Positions 21,100-31,630 of a stretch of 64,000 bases of DNA are shown one piece after another. The first letter of the stretch is position 1, and every line of letters starts with the position of its first letter. The notes under the pieces were generated by a model that saw only the letters and a program-made list of their open reading frames with translations, was not told where the DNA came from and ran no database searches. The DNA is from a virus. Taxonomy: Duplodnaviria; Caudoviricetes. The stretch spans positions 32,001 through 96,000 of the IMG/VR virus record IMGVR_UViG_3300037067_009128; one strand, given 5' to 3'. Both the position numbers and the translations under genes were made by a program.

Positions 21100-22035
21100 T
21101 TATAATTTAATAACATTAAAATCTAATAAATTTTTTGAGTTTATCGACCAGTCATCTAAAAGTTTATCCTTTTTTAGGTATGCATGTAGTATTGCAAAAT
21201 AATAACTTTTAGCAAAATTACTACTAAATTCTTTATCATTTATACCTAGTTCACTAACTTCATAATTAGGTACTTCGCACAAATCAATTAGGTCATCTAT
21301 CAACTCAACATCTTTTTTAGTAAATGATCCATCATCTTCAAAAAATATCCAATCTTGTTTTATTAGTTTTGTGATAGTATTCTTTACTGAACCGGTAACA
21401 TCTCTTTTCTTTTGATAGTATATTTCAGGTACAAAATGAAAATAACTACCTAATTTTAAATTAGTTTCTGAAGCAACATATCTTTGTAATAATGTATGGT
21501 GAAAAACATCATAAGGTAATAAATTCATAACATCATTAACTCTCATATTAACATACACATCAAGTTCACCATTTCTGTTCATAAACTGTATTGTTAGTGT
21601 ACAAGGTCTTCTTGGATAAAGATCTCTAGTCATAAGATATTTATCATCCCATATATTTAGAATACATTCAGAATATCCTTTTTTAAGACGTTTTATAATA
21701 ACAGGTAATTGAGAATTATAAACATCTCCATAACTATAACAAAATCCTTCAAAATCTTCTTCTTCATTTTTTAATTTTTTTGCCCAATTAGGTCTAAATT
21801 GATAAGCTGTTCCTGGATTATTTCTACTTTCTTTTTGAGAAAGACGATTAACTCCTTCTACAAAACACCAAGACCAATTCTTTCTAATAGATATTAAAGA
21901 ATTACAAGGATTTGTTAATTCAAAAAATACTCCTGGGTAACTCTTAAATTTTCCTACAATTTGTCCTGTTGATTCAAGAGTTTCTAAGATTTTTAAATAT
22001 ATATTATAAAAATTATTTTCTTTAAGAATTAACAT
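21100..22035 (-). CDS. Thymidylate-synthase-fold protein 1 (divergent, dCMP-type Asp)
   Basis: YSYG, QLPVII, RPCT catalytic Cys, MRVND...PYD. Confidence 0.8.
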   Translation of the reverse strand: MLILKENNFYNIYLKILETLESTGQIVGKFKSYPGVFFELTNPCNSLISIRKNWSWCFVEGVNRLSQKESRNNPGTAYQFRPNWAKKLKNEEEDFEGFCYSYGDVYNSQLPVIIKRLKKGYSECILNIWDDKYLMTRDLYPRRPCTLTIQFMNRNGELDVYVNMRVNDVMNLLPYDVFHHTLLQRYVASETNLKLGSYFHFVPEIYYQKKRDVTGSVKNTITKLIKQDWIFFEDDGSFTKKDVELIDDLIDLCEVPNYEVSELGINDKEFSSNFAKSYYFAILHAYLKKDKLLDDWSINSKNLLDFNVIKL

Positions 22036-23071
22036 AATCAACCCAATTTGGATACATTTTTTGAAATTCTTCATGTAAAGGAATCATCAATTCCCTCATT
22101 TGAGGATGTGCAGCATTAGATGTTCTCATATAAAAAATCCATTGCCATTCTTTCAGATTAGTAGTAACAACAATTTCCGTTTTTATATGGTGACTCAATT
22201 TACCTCTAGCTTGTTGAGGTTGAAGACCATAATTTATAGCATTTAAATATCTTGATTCATTAATTGCACAATCAAAGAAGAATTCTTTATCAATATCAGA
22301 ACTAAACTCAAAATTTCTTTTTTCACCTTCATGATATTCATGTTCAGATATGTTAACCCAAGGAGGTATTATATAAGTTAATTGATTTCCAAATTTATCT
22401 TTACTATAATTACAATATCTTGTACTTTCTTGTGAGAATGCAATATTGTTACGATGTCTTACAAGTTCATGAGTAACTCCTCTATCACAAACAAAATTAA
22501 CAGAAACACATTCATGAATTAACTTCTCATCAAATGTTAAAAGTTCAGTATTGTTGAGTTCAAAGAATAAGGTTTGATTATCTTTTTCATATGTATGTTT
22601 AATTACCGGAAAAGGTTCTTTGTTTATTAAATCTTTAAAAAATAATGAGTATTTATTAATTAAATAATAATACAATTCTAAAAACATAAAATTATCTTCT
22701 ATGTCATTTACTTGTTTAATATAATTAAAAACATCAATAATTAAATTTCTAAATGCTCTTACATTTCCTGAGACAAAACATCTATGATAACTATGGGCTT
22801 TATCTCTTGAGAGTTTTAAATATTTTGTTGACATTCCATCATTGAATGTAATAAACCATTTATAGAATGCTGAATTAGTTATTGCAAAAATAAGATTATG
22901 ATGTTCAAGAACTGAATAATGATTTCTTTCTTTTATTTTACTTATAAACTTAATATAACTATCATCAGTAATTAAACATTCAGATTGATAACAAACCCTT
23001 CCGCAATTTTCTATTTTTTTATAAGGGTTATCTTCTTTTATAATTTCAAAATAAGGTTTTATTAATCTCAT
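22022..23071 (-). CDS. thyX: Flavin-dependent thymidylate synthase
   Basis: GRVCYQS, HYSVLEH, RGVTHELVRHR...SQESTRY, AHPQMR. Confidence 0.95.
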   Translation of the reverse strand: MRLIKPYFEIIKEDNPYKKIENCGRVCYQSECLITDDSYIKFISKIKERNHYSVLEHHNLIFAITNSAFYKWFITFNDGMSTKYLKLSRDKAHSYHRCFVSGNVRAFRNLIIDVFNYIKQVNDIEDNFMFLELYYYLINKYSLFFKDLINKEPFPVIKHTYEKDNQTLFFELNNTELLTFDEKLIHECVSVNFVCDRGVTHELVRHRNNIAFSQESTRYCNYSKDKFGNQLTYIIPPWVNISEHEYHEGEKRNFEFSSDIDKEFFFDCAINESRYLNAINYGLQPQQARGKLSHHIKTEIVVTTNLKEWQWIFYMRTSNAAHPQMRELMIPLHEEFQKMYPNWVDYVNS

Positions 23072-23320
23072 GTTTATTCCTCATCATTTTCATCTTCTTC
23101 ATCTTGAACTAAATATTCTGGCCATTTACCAGAACTTTCATATTCTCTGACACAATCAATTGCATACTGTTCTATTTGTTTTTTCAAATCTCCTGCAGGT
23201 ATGAGTTTAGATGAATTTACATTAAAACTAGCATTAGTATTGATCTTTTTATTGTCTAAAGACTCAGATGTTATTATAATTGATATTAAACATTTATCCA
23301 TTAAATTAGCTCCTTTTTAA

Positions 23321-23956
23321 TTAATAATTACTTTCTTGTCGAAATTGATTTACTCTTGATTTTTGATAATACATATTAAGAATTTCAATAGGTTTCATTT
23401 TTAAAAATAAGATGTTAAGATATTTAATAAAAGCTTTTGATAAAAACGATTGATACTTGACAATATCTGTTGAAACATGAGTACATTTCCATGGTTTTAT
23501 TTTTAAACAATTCATAGTTTTACCAAGGATTTTTATAAAATCTCTCAATTCTATATCAAGAGTTTCATCATCTAATAATTGAGCATCAAGATATTTATCA
23601 TAAGGTTTAAAATCACAAAAAACTTCAGCATCTATACTTGATAATAAACAAAGTTCAACAATAAAATGTAAACCGTCCATCATTTCTTCTTTATAGTGTA
23701 CTTCATCATGAAAATCATCTAAAGCTTCTAAAGCCTCACCAATTTCTTCAACAATTCTCCAAGCAAAATTCTTCAATAAATTCTGATCTTTACCATTATC
23801 TATATTACAAAATAAATTCTCTGGATAATAAAATCCATTTTTAACTTCAATAGGTGCATATTTTATCGCTAATTCATGTTGACGTTTAAAGATCAGAGGA
23901 ATTAGATCGATGGTATCTTTTTCAGAAAATTCTGTGGTATAATCATTAATATTCAT
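23321..23956 (-). CDS. Dimeric all-alpha dUTPase/dCTPase (T4 gp56-like)
   Basis: EEIGE, KEEMMDGLHF, KPWK, YYQKSRVNQFRQESNY. Confidence 0.8.
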   Translation of the reverse strand: MNINDYTTEFSEKDTIDLIPLIFKRQHELAIKYAPIEVKNGFYYPENLFCNIDNGKDQNLLKNFAWRIVEEIGEALEALDDFHDEVHYKEEMMDGLHFIVELCLLSSIDAEVFCDFKPYDKYLDAQLLDDETLDIELRDFIKILGKTMNCLKIKPWKCTHVSTDIVKYQSFLSKAFIKYLNILFLKMKPIEILNMYYQKSRVNQFRQESNY

Positions 23957-23970
23957 TTAGTTTATTCCTT

Positions 23971-24879
23971 TTATAAAATTGTTTGAAGTTTACTGGGAAT
24001 CATTGTAGATTTTAATGAGTGCAATGATGATATAAATCCGTCATTTCTTAAACTATCTATTAAATCTTTACTATTAATAGCTTTAATTTCATATTCAAAA
24101 AGTTTATTATTAAGTAAATACAAATTAGGTTTTGGTAGAATTAATTCATCGTCTTCAATAGATTTAATTCTATTATCATGATTTTTTAAATCAATCAGTC
24201 TTATATTTCTTTTAACATTTTCAATTTCAGTAGGATACATTGATTCTAATGTTTTTAATGGTTCAATTTCACCATTGATGAATCTACATGTTTTAACTTC
24301 ACCAAATCCTTTTATTCCTTTAATATTATCTGATGTGTCACCTAATATAGATAAGTACAAAATAAACTGTTCTTTTGAAACTCCATATTTAGTTTTAATC
24401 ATATCTTCATCATACTTAATTAAACCATCTTTTGGATGGGGTCTTAAAACTTTTATATTATTTTCATCAGAAATTAGTTGTAATAGATCTTTATCATTTG
24501 ATATAATTGTAATATCTTTTTGAAATCGTCTTACAAGATACTCAATACAATCATCAGCTTCATATTCATCCTTTCTTATTTGAGGTATTCCAATTAAAGT
24601 ACATAAATCTTTTACATTATGAAAACACTCAATCATTTCTTCATTAATTTCTTTTCGCTTTTCTTTGTATTGGGGGTATTCTTTTCTTCTCCAATTTTTA
24701 TCTTTACTACCTTCCCAAGCAATTATGAATTTATCTGTAACTCTTGCATAAGAAATTAACATATTAAAAAATCCATAAATACCACCTGTGTGTATTCCTT
24801 TTGAAGATTTGAATTTTGAGAATACGTGATACGCTCTATATGCTAAATTAGCACCATCTATAAGACAAATATTAGACAT
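23971..24879 (-). CDS. 5'-3' exonuclease / flap endonuclease
   Basis: IDGANLAYRAY, YKEKR, EADD, SNDKDLLQL, GDTSDNIKG. Confidence 0.95.
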   Translation of the reverse strand: MSNICLIDGANLAYRAYHVFSKFKSSKGIHTGGIYGFFNMLISYARVTDKFIIAWEGSKDKNWRRKEYPQYKEKRKEINEEMIECFHNVKDLCTLIGIPQIRKDEYEADDCIEYLVRRFQKDITIISNDKDLLQLISDENNIKVLRPHPKDGLIKYDEDMIKTKYGVSKEQFILYLSILGDTSDNIKGIKGFGEVKTCRFINGEIEPLKTLESMYPTEIENVKRNIRLIDLKNHDNRIKSIEDDELILPKPNLYLLNNKLFEYEIKAINSKDLIDSLRNDGFISSLHSLKSTMIPSKLQTIL

Positions 24880-26018
24880 TTATTTCCATATTATTGTGTT
24901 AGATTCATTAAGTATAACTTTATTATTTTGAACGAGTTCTTTAACAACATTTTTAACTCGTATTCGAGATGATTTTCCTACTTCAGAATAGCCAAATTCT
25001 TTATCTACAGCTTCTATAACAGTTTTTGTAGTTATTGGGGATTTTTGTTGAATATAATTTATTATCCAATCTTTTCTAGATTCTTTTGAAGTTTTCTTTT
25101 TATATTTTTTAATCTTATAATCTTCAGTTATTTTATATTCTTCCATTGTTTTCATGTACTGATCATATGTAATTTCTAGTAATTCTTCTCTAGATTCAAT
25201 ATCATTTGGAATTGTCATTCCAAATTCTTCTTTTACTAATTGTTTTACTTCTTCTAATGAAGCATCAGATTCTACTAAAACCTTTCTAAAACTCTCTTTT
25301 GGTATAATATTCATATTTAGTCAAAATTAGTGGGAAAAAATTTTATACAAAAATAAATCATCATTGAATTAATTTCTCTTGTTCTCTTTGTTTCTCATAT
25401 TGTACTTCTTTTATATCTAAGTATACATCTTTAGCTAAATTCCAATTTGGATCATCAGATTCTTCAAGTCTTTCAACTTCTCTTTCTATTAAAGTCATTA
25501 ACCATTTAGTAAATGATTTAAAATTTATAAATTTAATATATATTGTAAAAGTTTGAAACATATCAATATGTTGATTTGATATGTATGCTTTAACTGAAGC
25601 ATTTCTTCCATGTTTATAAAAGATATTACTTCCAGGAATCCTAGTATCTTTTATACCATATCTTTTCATTACATCTTTATATTTATACTCTCTCATATTT
25701 ATCCATTCTTTTAATACCATTACTATTAGGACTACCTTCATTAAAATTTATATAAAACCATCCAGTTTTTACTAATAATTTATGATACCATCTAATTATA
25801 TATCTTCCATCATATCTAGGACCTAAATGTATATAATTTTTATCAAGTTTCATAACATTGTAATTCGGATCTACATTTGTTAAAATTTTACATTGATTAG
25901 TAGATAAACGATTTAACTGTATTATTCTCAAACCTGGGAAATACTCTTCTTTCATACTTGAATCAAATAAGTATCCTGGATGGATCATATAAATCTTTTT
26001 ATGTTTCTTTTTAACCAT
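24880..26018 (-). CDS. Three hypothetical proteins (24880-25314 with winged-helix-like C-terminus; 25361-25696; 25683-26018)
   Basis: ORF track; basic helical patterns. Confidence 0.55.
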
Positions 26019-27531
26019 TTAAAACCTCTTCTAGTTTATTTTTTATTGATACTAAATTATTTACCATAAAGATTTCTGAATGTTTAACTGATTGATAAAT
26101 TTTTAACCTTTCTTTTGATTGTTTTCTAAAATATCCTACTTTTGTTTTCCATTGATCTGTGATATTATCTTTAAATTTATGTATACCGTCATCATCATAA
26201 AAATCAAATATAAAAAGTTTATTTTTTCCTGTGGAATAGTCTATTCTTTTTCCTCGTCCAGTCTCTTGTTTAATTCTACCTTCAGCTTTTATACCTCCAG
26301 CTCTTATAACACAATCAATATTAGGGATATCTACACCTTCTTTAGAAACTGTTGTAAGTAATACTTTAATCTTACCAGATTTTAAATCATTATAAATTTT
26401 TTCTCTTTGATTATCTGATTTAGTTCTTTTAGTATCACCTGTAATAAACTGATAACCAGAATTTGAAAATAGAGTCTTTAATTGAATTTGTTTACTATCC
26501 ATCATTACAAGTGTTGAAAGATTTAATTCTTCAAATATTTTAGCTACTTTAAGGATTATATCATTTCTTTCACAATTTTCTAATAATCCTTGAAATCCTT
26601 CATGATAATCAGAATTGTATTTGTGGTTTAATTGATATAAAAATATATAACTTTTACTTAATCTTCCTTTTGAAATTAAAGTATCTTCTTTAATTTCATC
26701 AATCATATTACCTGTTATAGCTCTTAAGATTAATTCATTATCACCTGGTGTAGCTGTAAATCCATATCTATAGTATGCATTACAATTCATAGCTACTTTA
26801 AAGTAACCATTTGGTGTGTATAGTTTAGAAGTTTTATCTTGTTTAATACCAGCATGATGTCCTTCATCTAAAAATAAATTATCAAATTGATTAAACCAGT
26901 AATTTTGTTTTAACCTATCAAAATTAGTATTCAAAGTACTAATACTTGCAACAAAAATAAAATGATCTTTATCAACATTAACAATACTTTGGTTTCCTAC
27001 AATTTCAATAACTTTTTGATTTGTAGCTTTTTGAATCTCTTTTGAAACTTGAGAAACTAAATCAATTGATGGTTCTATTATTAGAGATGATCCACCTAAT
27101 TCACCTAGTAAACTTATTAAAATAGCAGTTTTTCCAGCCCCAGTAGCAGCTTTGAAATATCCTCTTTCACATTCTAATCCTTTAAGAATCACTCTTACTT
27201 GGTCAGAATCTAAATCAAATGTAAATCCATAATCAATCCCTTCACTTTCTGGTTTTATTCTTTTGTCTTCAACTTCAATGTCATCTTCATTTATAAAATT
27301 AAGTTTGTCAAGTATATTCCAAAGTAAACCTGTTGGAAAATGATTTGAATTATACAATGCATATTCTTTATTAACAGCATGAGAAGCTCCTGCATATCTT
27401 TGAAATGTTAAGAACTTATGAAGACATTCATGGTTTATTACTTGAATTATCCTTGAGGCTTCTCCAACTCCACATTTATTTGAAAATTCAAAATTAGTAT
27501 AATAATTATATAAAACGAATTTGATTTTCAT
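26011..27531 (-). CDS. SF2 DNA helicase (UvsW/XPB-like)
   Basis: AATGAGKT, DEGHH, GFTATP, EGVDIP, QETGRGKR. Confidence 0.92.
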   Translation of the reverse strand: MKIKFVLYNYYTNFEFSNKCGVGEASRIIQVINHECLHKFLTFQRYAGASHAVNKEYALYNSNHFPTGLLWNILDKLNFINEDDIEVEDKRIKPESEGIDYGFTFDLDSDQVRVILKGLECERGYFKAATGAGKTAILISLLGELGGSSLIIEPSIDLVSQVSKEIQKATNQKVIEIVGNQSIVNVDKDHFIFVASISTLNTNFDRLKQNYWFNQFDNLFLDEGHHAGIKQDKTSKLYTPNGYFKVAMNCNAYYRYGFTATPGDNELILRAITGNMIDEIKEDTLISKGRLSKSYIFLYQLNHKYNSDYHEGFQGLLENCERNDIILKVAKIFEELNLSTLVMMDSKQIQLKTLFSNSGYQFITGDTKRTKSDNQREKIYNDLKSGKIKVLLTTVSKEGVDIPNIDCVIRAGGIKAEGRIKQETGRGKRIDYSTGKNKLFIFDFYDDDGIHKFKDNITDQWKTKVGYFRKQSKERLKIYQSVKHSEIFMVNNLVSIKNKLEEVLNG

Positions 27532-27917
27532 TATGCTTTAATACAAAGTAATGGTAGTAATCCAGTTAATGACCACCAAGAACCACTGCTAATAAAAAAT
27601 ACACTTGTTAATAAAACTGCTCCTACAATTAAACAAATGTCAATAAGTTTATATAATTCTTCTTTACCAGAAATGTTGTGGTGATAAATATGAATCATTT
27701 CTTCATCATTTGTTTCATTAAGATTACTATCAATCAACTTACCTGTATTATTGACAGGTTCTCCTCCTAAAAATTCTTCCATAGAATCTGCAAAAGTTTT
27801 TTCTCTTTGTTGATTTTTATCCATTATACCTCCTTGGATTTTAGCATTTCTAATTATAACACCGTCTTCAGATGGCTTTTTAAAAAATGTATCATCAACT
27901 TCAATATCTTTTTCCAT
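27531..27917 (-). CDS. Hypothetical protein with C-terminal membrane anchor
   Basis: Hydrophobic C-terminal 35 aa. Confidence 0.6.
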   Translation of the reverse strand: MEKDIEVDDTFFKKPSEDGVIIRNAKIQGGIMDKNQQREKTFADSMEEFLGGEPVNNTGKLIDSNLNETNDEEMIHIYHHNISGKEELYKLIDICLIVGAVLLTSVFFISSGSWWSLTGLLPLLCIKA

Positions 27918-27966
27918 TTTATACCTTTATTTAATGTTTAAAAATTATTACAAAATTAATACTTCT

Positions 27967-28590
27967 TTAATCCTTAAATAAGGCATCTAGGATTTCTTTA
28001 TCAAGTTTATTATTTGACACTGTTTTGATTATTTTAACTAATTTTGCAATACCATTTCTACGTTTAGCTCCTAATATTTTAGCAATAGTTGTTCTTGAAG
28101 CATCGGGGAATGCTAATCTAAGTTGAAAAGTTTTTCCAGCTCTTTTACTTACACTAAAAATTATATCATGTAATCTGTGTATATCTTCTATAAATCTTTC
28201 ATCAATTTTAATTTCACCACTGTCGAAAACATATTCTTCAAGATTCTCAATTTCTAAATTAGGATCCATTCTTGAATTACAAGTATTTTTTCCTTCTTTA
28301 TCTGTTTTATTTATCTCTCTTATTACTCCTTGTTTAACTATGTGGTATACCCAACCTAAAGCATTGTCCCATCTATTCTGGTCGAATTTGAGTATAGCTT
28401 TCCAGAATGATTCAAATGCTATAATTTCAATATCACTTTCTTCAAATACTCCATGTTTATCATGAAAGTTTTTCAATCCAAAATATTTTTTTATCTTTTT
28501 AAAATAAAACTGTAATTCACAATCACTTGGGGATTTTTTATAATTCTCAATAAAAAGTAATAAATCTTCATTAGTTATTAGGTTTTTCAT
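27967..28590 (-). CDS. Phage RNA polymerase sigma-factor-like protein
   Basis: Region-2-like DIEIIAFESFWKAILKFDQNR...WVYHIVK; C-terminal HTH-like SRTTIAKILG. Confidence 0.65.
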   Translation of the reverse strand: MKNLITNEDLLLFIENYKKSPSDCELQFYFKKIKKYFGLKNFHDKHGVFEESDIEIIAFESFWKAILKFDQNRWDNALGWVYHIVKQGVIREINKTDKEGKNTCNSRMDPNLEIENLEEYVFDSGEIKIDERFIEDIHRLHDIIFSVSKRAGKTFQLRLAFPDASRTTIAKILGAKRRNGIAKLVKIIKTVSNNKLDKEILDALFKD

Positions 28591-30301
28591 CTTTCTTTAC
28601 CTTTTTAAACTCAACTTGTCTCATTTGAGTATTGATAATTTTTAAACATTGTGGATTGATATTTAATGCAACGTTTACTTGAGGCCCGTTACTTTGCTTT
28701 GCTATGTTAACTTCTATTGCATAATTTAATAATGTAGTATCATAAAAATTTGGATAATGTAATAACATTACTATTCTAGCAAATTCTTCATAAGCTCCAG
28801 AATCTTTTAATTCCCATAATGATGGACGAGGATCTTTTTTCTTTTCACTATTTCTGTTAATTTGTACTAATAAACAATAATGTTGTTTAAACTCTTTTGC
28901 CATTGTTAAATACCTAACAAGAGTTGCACTTACTTTTTGTGCTTTAAATTCTGGAGAATCACCTACTCCTTTTAATCTATCAAATAAATCAAAGAATACA
29001 ACTTTTACTCCCTTTTTAGCTAACATCCTCAATTCGTTTCTCATTTGATTTTCAGATTTATTTGTACCTTCAAGTAAATGGTAATTCCATTTAGATTGAA
29101 TCTCCCAAGCATTTTTTAACTTTTCTAAACGGTTATCAGATTTTAACCAAGAATGACTACCAACAATTTCTTTTATAGGAATACCAGAAATGATTGAATC
29201 AATACGGTCCGATTCTACTTCCATAGTTTGTTCAAGAGCATAACTTGCAACACCAGTTCCGAGGTTACACATATTAGTAATTAGATTCCCTTTAACAAGT
29301 GAATTATGAACTAATATATTATTAGCAATGAAATTTGAATTTTTTAATAATGTTAAATCATATGTATCATCAATATCAGTTAAATCTATAGATTTAATAG
29401 GTAAAAATATAAAATCAGATTCTATTAATGCTATTAAATCTTCATTAATACTTAAATCTTTTAAAGATTTCCAACCTGTTTTAGTTAAAAATAAATGATT
29501 ATTAGATGCTTCTATTTGATATCCTATCTTAGATAAAACTATTTTATACAATTGTTTTTTTCCAGAATCAATCTTATCAATTACTCTATCTAATTCAAGT
29601 TTATCATCATTGTTTTTAGTCCAAATTAAATCTCCTACTTTAATATTTCTCAATTCAATTAATCCATGATTTGTATTGATTAATGAATTCCCTTTTAAAC
29701 ATTTCCCGTTACTTGGACGGCCAGCAACAATTGATATTTCACCTTCTTCAAATTTATAAGTAAGATTATCATCAATCTCTTTAATTCCACAATAAATTGA
29801 AGTTTTTGATTTCCTATCTTCTAAAGTCTTTATCCTGAAATCAGTATAAGTATCACCCGTAATATATTTTTCATCTAAAATTGATGATGAATTCTCTAAT
29901 TTGAAATCTTTTATTAATTGTTGGTAAGGATCTGGGTCATTTTTTAATTTTTTGATAAGAGATTGGCATTCATCTATTGTTTTTCTTCTATCATGCCTAT
30001 CAATAAGAAGTTCAATAAGACTGTCAAGTTTTTCTGGTATGAAATATTTATCTTCAATTGATATAATCTCATCTAAAGATAATACATCCCCTATTAGTGA
30101 TAATTCACTTTTAACAGTATAAGCATTAACATCTAAATTCTTTTCAACTAAATTAGAAATTGCAATAAAACAAGTTCTAAAATCAGGTTGACTAAAATGA
30201 TCATCTGTTAATTGAGAGAGTATTTTTTGTCTAGCTTCATCAAAAGATATACTTAAACCTATAACTAATTGCTCATTTATTCTATCATTACTTATATTCA
30301 A
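28571..30301 (-). CDS. dnaB: Replicative DnaB helicase containing an intein
   Basis: AGRPSNGK|S Walker A split by intein, ALEQ, FFD, VQINR, RPSLWELKDSGAYEE, AKQSNG. Confidence 0.95.
   Translation of the reverse strand: MNISNDRINEQLVIGLSISFDEARQKILSQLTDDHFSQPDFRTCFIAISNLVEKNLDVNAYTVKSELSLIGDVLSLDEIISIEDKYFIPEKLDSLIELLIDRHDRRKTIDECQSLIKKLKNDPDPYQQLIKDFKLENSSSILDEKYITGDTYTDFRIKTLEDRKSKTSIYCGIKEIDDNLTYKFEEGEISIVAGRPSNGKCLKGNSLINTNHGLIELRNIKVGDLIWTKNNDDKLELDRVIDKIDSGKKQLYKIVLSKIGYQIEASNNHLFLTKTGWKSLKDLSINEDLIALIESDFIFLPIKSIDLTDIDDTYDLTLLKNSNFIANNILVHNSLVKGNLITNMCNLGTGVASYALEQTMEVESDRIDSIISGIPIKEIVGSHSWLKSDNRLEKLKNAWEIQSKWNYHLLEGTNKSENQMRNELRMLAKKGVKVVFFDLFDRLKGVGDSPEFKAQKVSATLVRYLTMAKEFKQHYCLLVQINRNSEKKKDPRPSLWELKDSGAYEEFARIVMLLHYPNFYDTTLLNYAIEVNIAKQSNGPQVNVALNINPQCLKIINTQMRQVEFKKVKKDEKPNN
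29303..29701 (-). mobile_element. Mini-intein (133 aa, no homing endonuclease) in DnaB Walker A
   Basis: Begins CLKGNSLI, block B ASNNHLF, ends YDLT...NFIANNILVHN followed by Ser. Confidence 0.93.
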
Positions 30302-30305
30302 ACGT

Positions 30306-30803
30306 TTATTTCCTCAAACTTATCATTAATGTATTATATTCTAAGAAGTTTTTTATAATAACTGGGGCTAATTTGATTGATTCTTTATAAGATATATTAA
30401 TAATAATGAGTTTAGTTCTCATTGATAACGTATCTAATAAATAAATAAACTCTCTCTTCTGATCATCTGTAAATAAACCAAAATCAACATAATCTAATAA
30501 AACAATATCTATATCAGTAAATGATTTTAGTAAATTAAAATCTTTAATACAAGAAATTCTTAATGCTCTTGTATTAATTTTATTATTCTCTATTAATTCA
30601 GAAACTAAAATGTTAAACAAACAATTACCTTGAACTATATTACCTTCAATTCCTATTACTTTATAGTTTTGATTAGGAAATTCATCCACAACTATACTGA
30701 GTTTATCTATTGCTTGTTGTGATATTAAATCTGGATTAAATTCTATATCGCAATATTTCATTCCCCATTGATTAAACCTAAATGTTAATTCTTCTTTTGT
30801 CAT
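30306..30803 (-). CDS. Degenerate DnaC/IstB-like helicase loader
   Basis: DIVLLDYV Walker-B-like segment, no intact Walker A, adjacent to dnaB. Confidence 0.45.
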   Translation of the reverse strand: MTKEELTFRFNQWGMKYCDIEFNPDLISQQAIDKLSIVVDEFPNQNYKVIGIEGNIVQGNCLFNILVSELIENNKINTRALRISCIKDFNLLKSFTDIDIVLLDYVDFGLFTDDQKREFIYLLDTLSMRTKLIIINISYKESIKLAPVIIKNFLEYNTLMISLRK

Positions 30804-31564
30804 ATAAATTTGATACCTTGTTCTTCTTTTGATTCAAGTGTTATATTATTATTTGTAAGGTATTTAATAAAATGTCTATTTAAAGCACCTATATTAGTTA
30901 CATACTTTTTCCAATATCCGTCATTAAGTAACCAATCAATTCCTGACTTTATTACTTCCATATTATAATCACCGTATGATTTAACAAAACTTAAAGCATT
31001 ATTATCTTCATATTTACGTTGTCTAGAGTTTAATACAGTACCGTATAAACTATTCATAACAGAATAGAAATATTCTAATACAGATTGTGCTTTTCTCCTA
31101 TCTTTCTGTCTTTGTAATTTTTTGTTGATTTGTTCTTCGGATAAAACCTGTTTTGGCGGGATTAATATTTGTTTGTTAATGTTTGTATTATAATTCATAC
31201 AATCTCCATCATATAAACCTAACGGAGTATACAATTCAACTATTAATATATCTATAATTTCTTGGTCACAAATAAGATGTGAATTAAGTAGTCTTATTGA
31301 AGTTTTTGATAAATCTGTAATGTTCATATTAAAAGATTTACTATTGAAACTTATAAATATATCTGATTCTTTTAAATAAGATACATCTATAATTTCTAAA
31401 TCCCATAAGATCTTAAGTGATGTATATATTTCTTGATCAGAAATTGATAACAAAGATTTCATTTTATCAAAACTAAACTTAAGATTCTTAAGAGATAAAA
31501 CAAATAAATAATTTAGGATTTTGTGGTCATTTGTTGATAACTTTGACAATAAAGATACATTCAT
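30800..31564 (-). CDS. Probable replication initiator (N-terminal winged helix)
   Basis: HTH-like N-terminus, IDWLLNDGYWK C-terminal motif, first gene before loader and dnaB; start moved to ATG 31564. Confidence 0.5.
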   Translation of the reverse strand: MNVSLLSKLSTNDHKILNYLFVLSLKNLKFSFDKMKSLLSISDQEIYTSLKILWDLEIIDVSYLKESDIFISFNSKSFNMNITDLSKTSIRLLNSHLICDQEIIDILIVELYTPLGLYDGDCMNYNTNINKQILIPPKQVLSEEQINKKLQRQKDRRKAQSVLEYFYSVMNSLYGTVLNSRQRKYEDNNALSFVKSYGDYNMEVIKSGIDWLLNDGYWKKYVTNIGALNRHFIKYLTNNNITLESKEEQGIKFI

Positions 31565-31599
31565 TTTTATTTTTTTGTTAAATGGATAAAATTGATTTG

Positions 31600-31614
31600 C
31601 AAAATTAAACAATC
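31600..31614 (-). promoter_or_regulatory. GA-N5-TAWWTTTG promoter-like motif (representative of about 12-15 copies)
   Basis: GATTGTTTAATTTTG heading the minus arm; near-identical GATTGTTTATATTTG at 38733(+). Confidence 0.75.
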
Positions 31615-31630
31615 AGTATACCATCAAACT

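Noticed and set aside
15241-23956. hmU-type (SPO1-like) thymine replacement
   Set aside because: Both TS homologues have Asp rather than Asn at the specificity site and ThyX supplies dTMP; disfavoured, though not excluded without chemistry.
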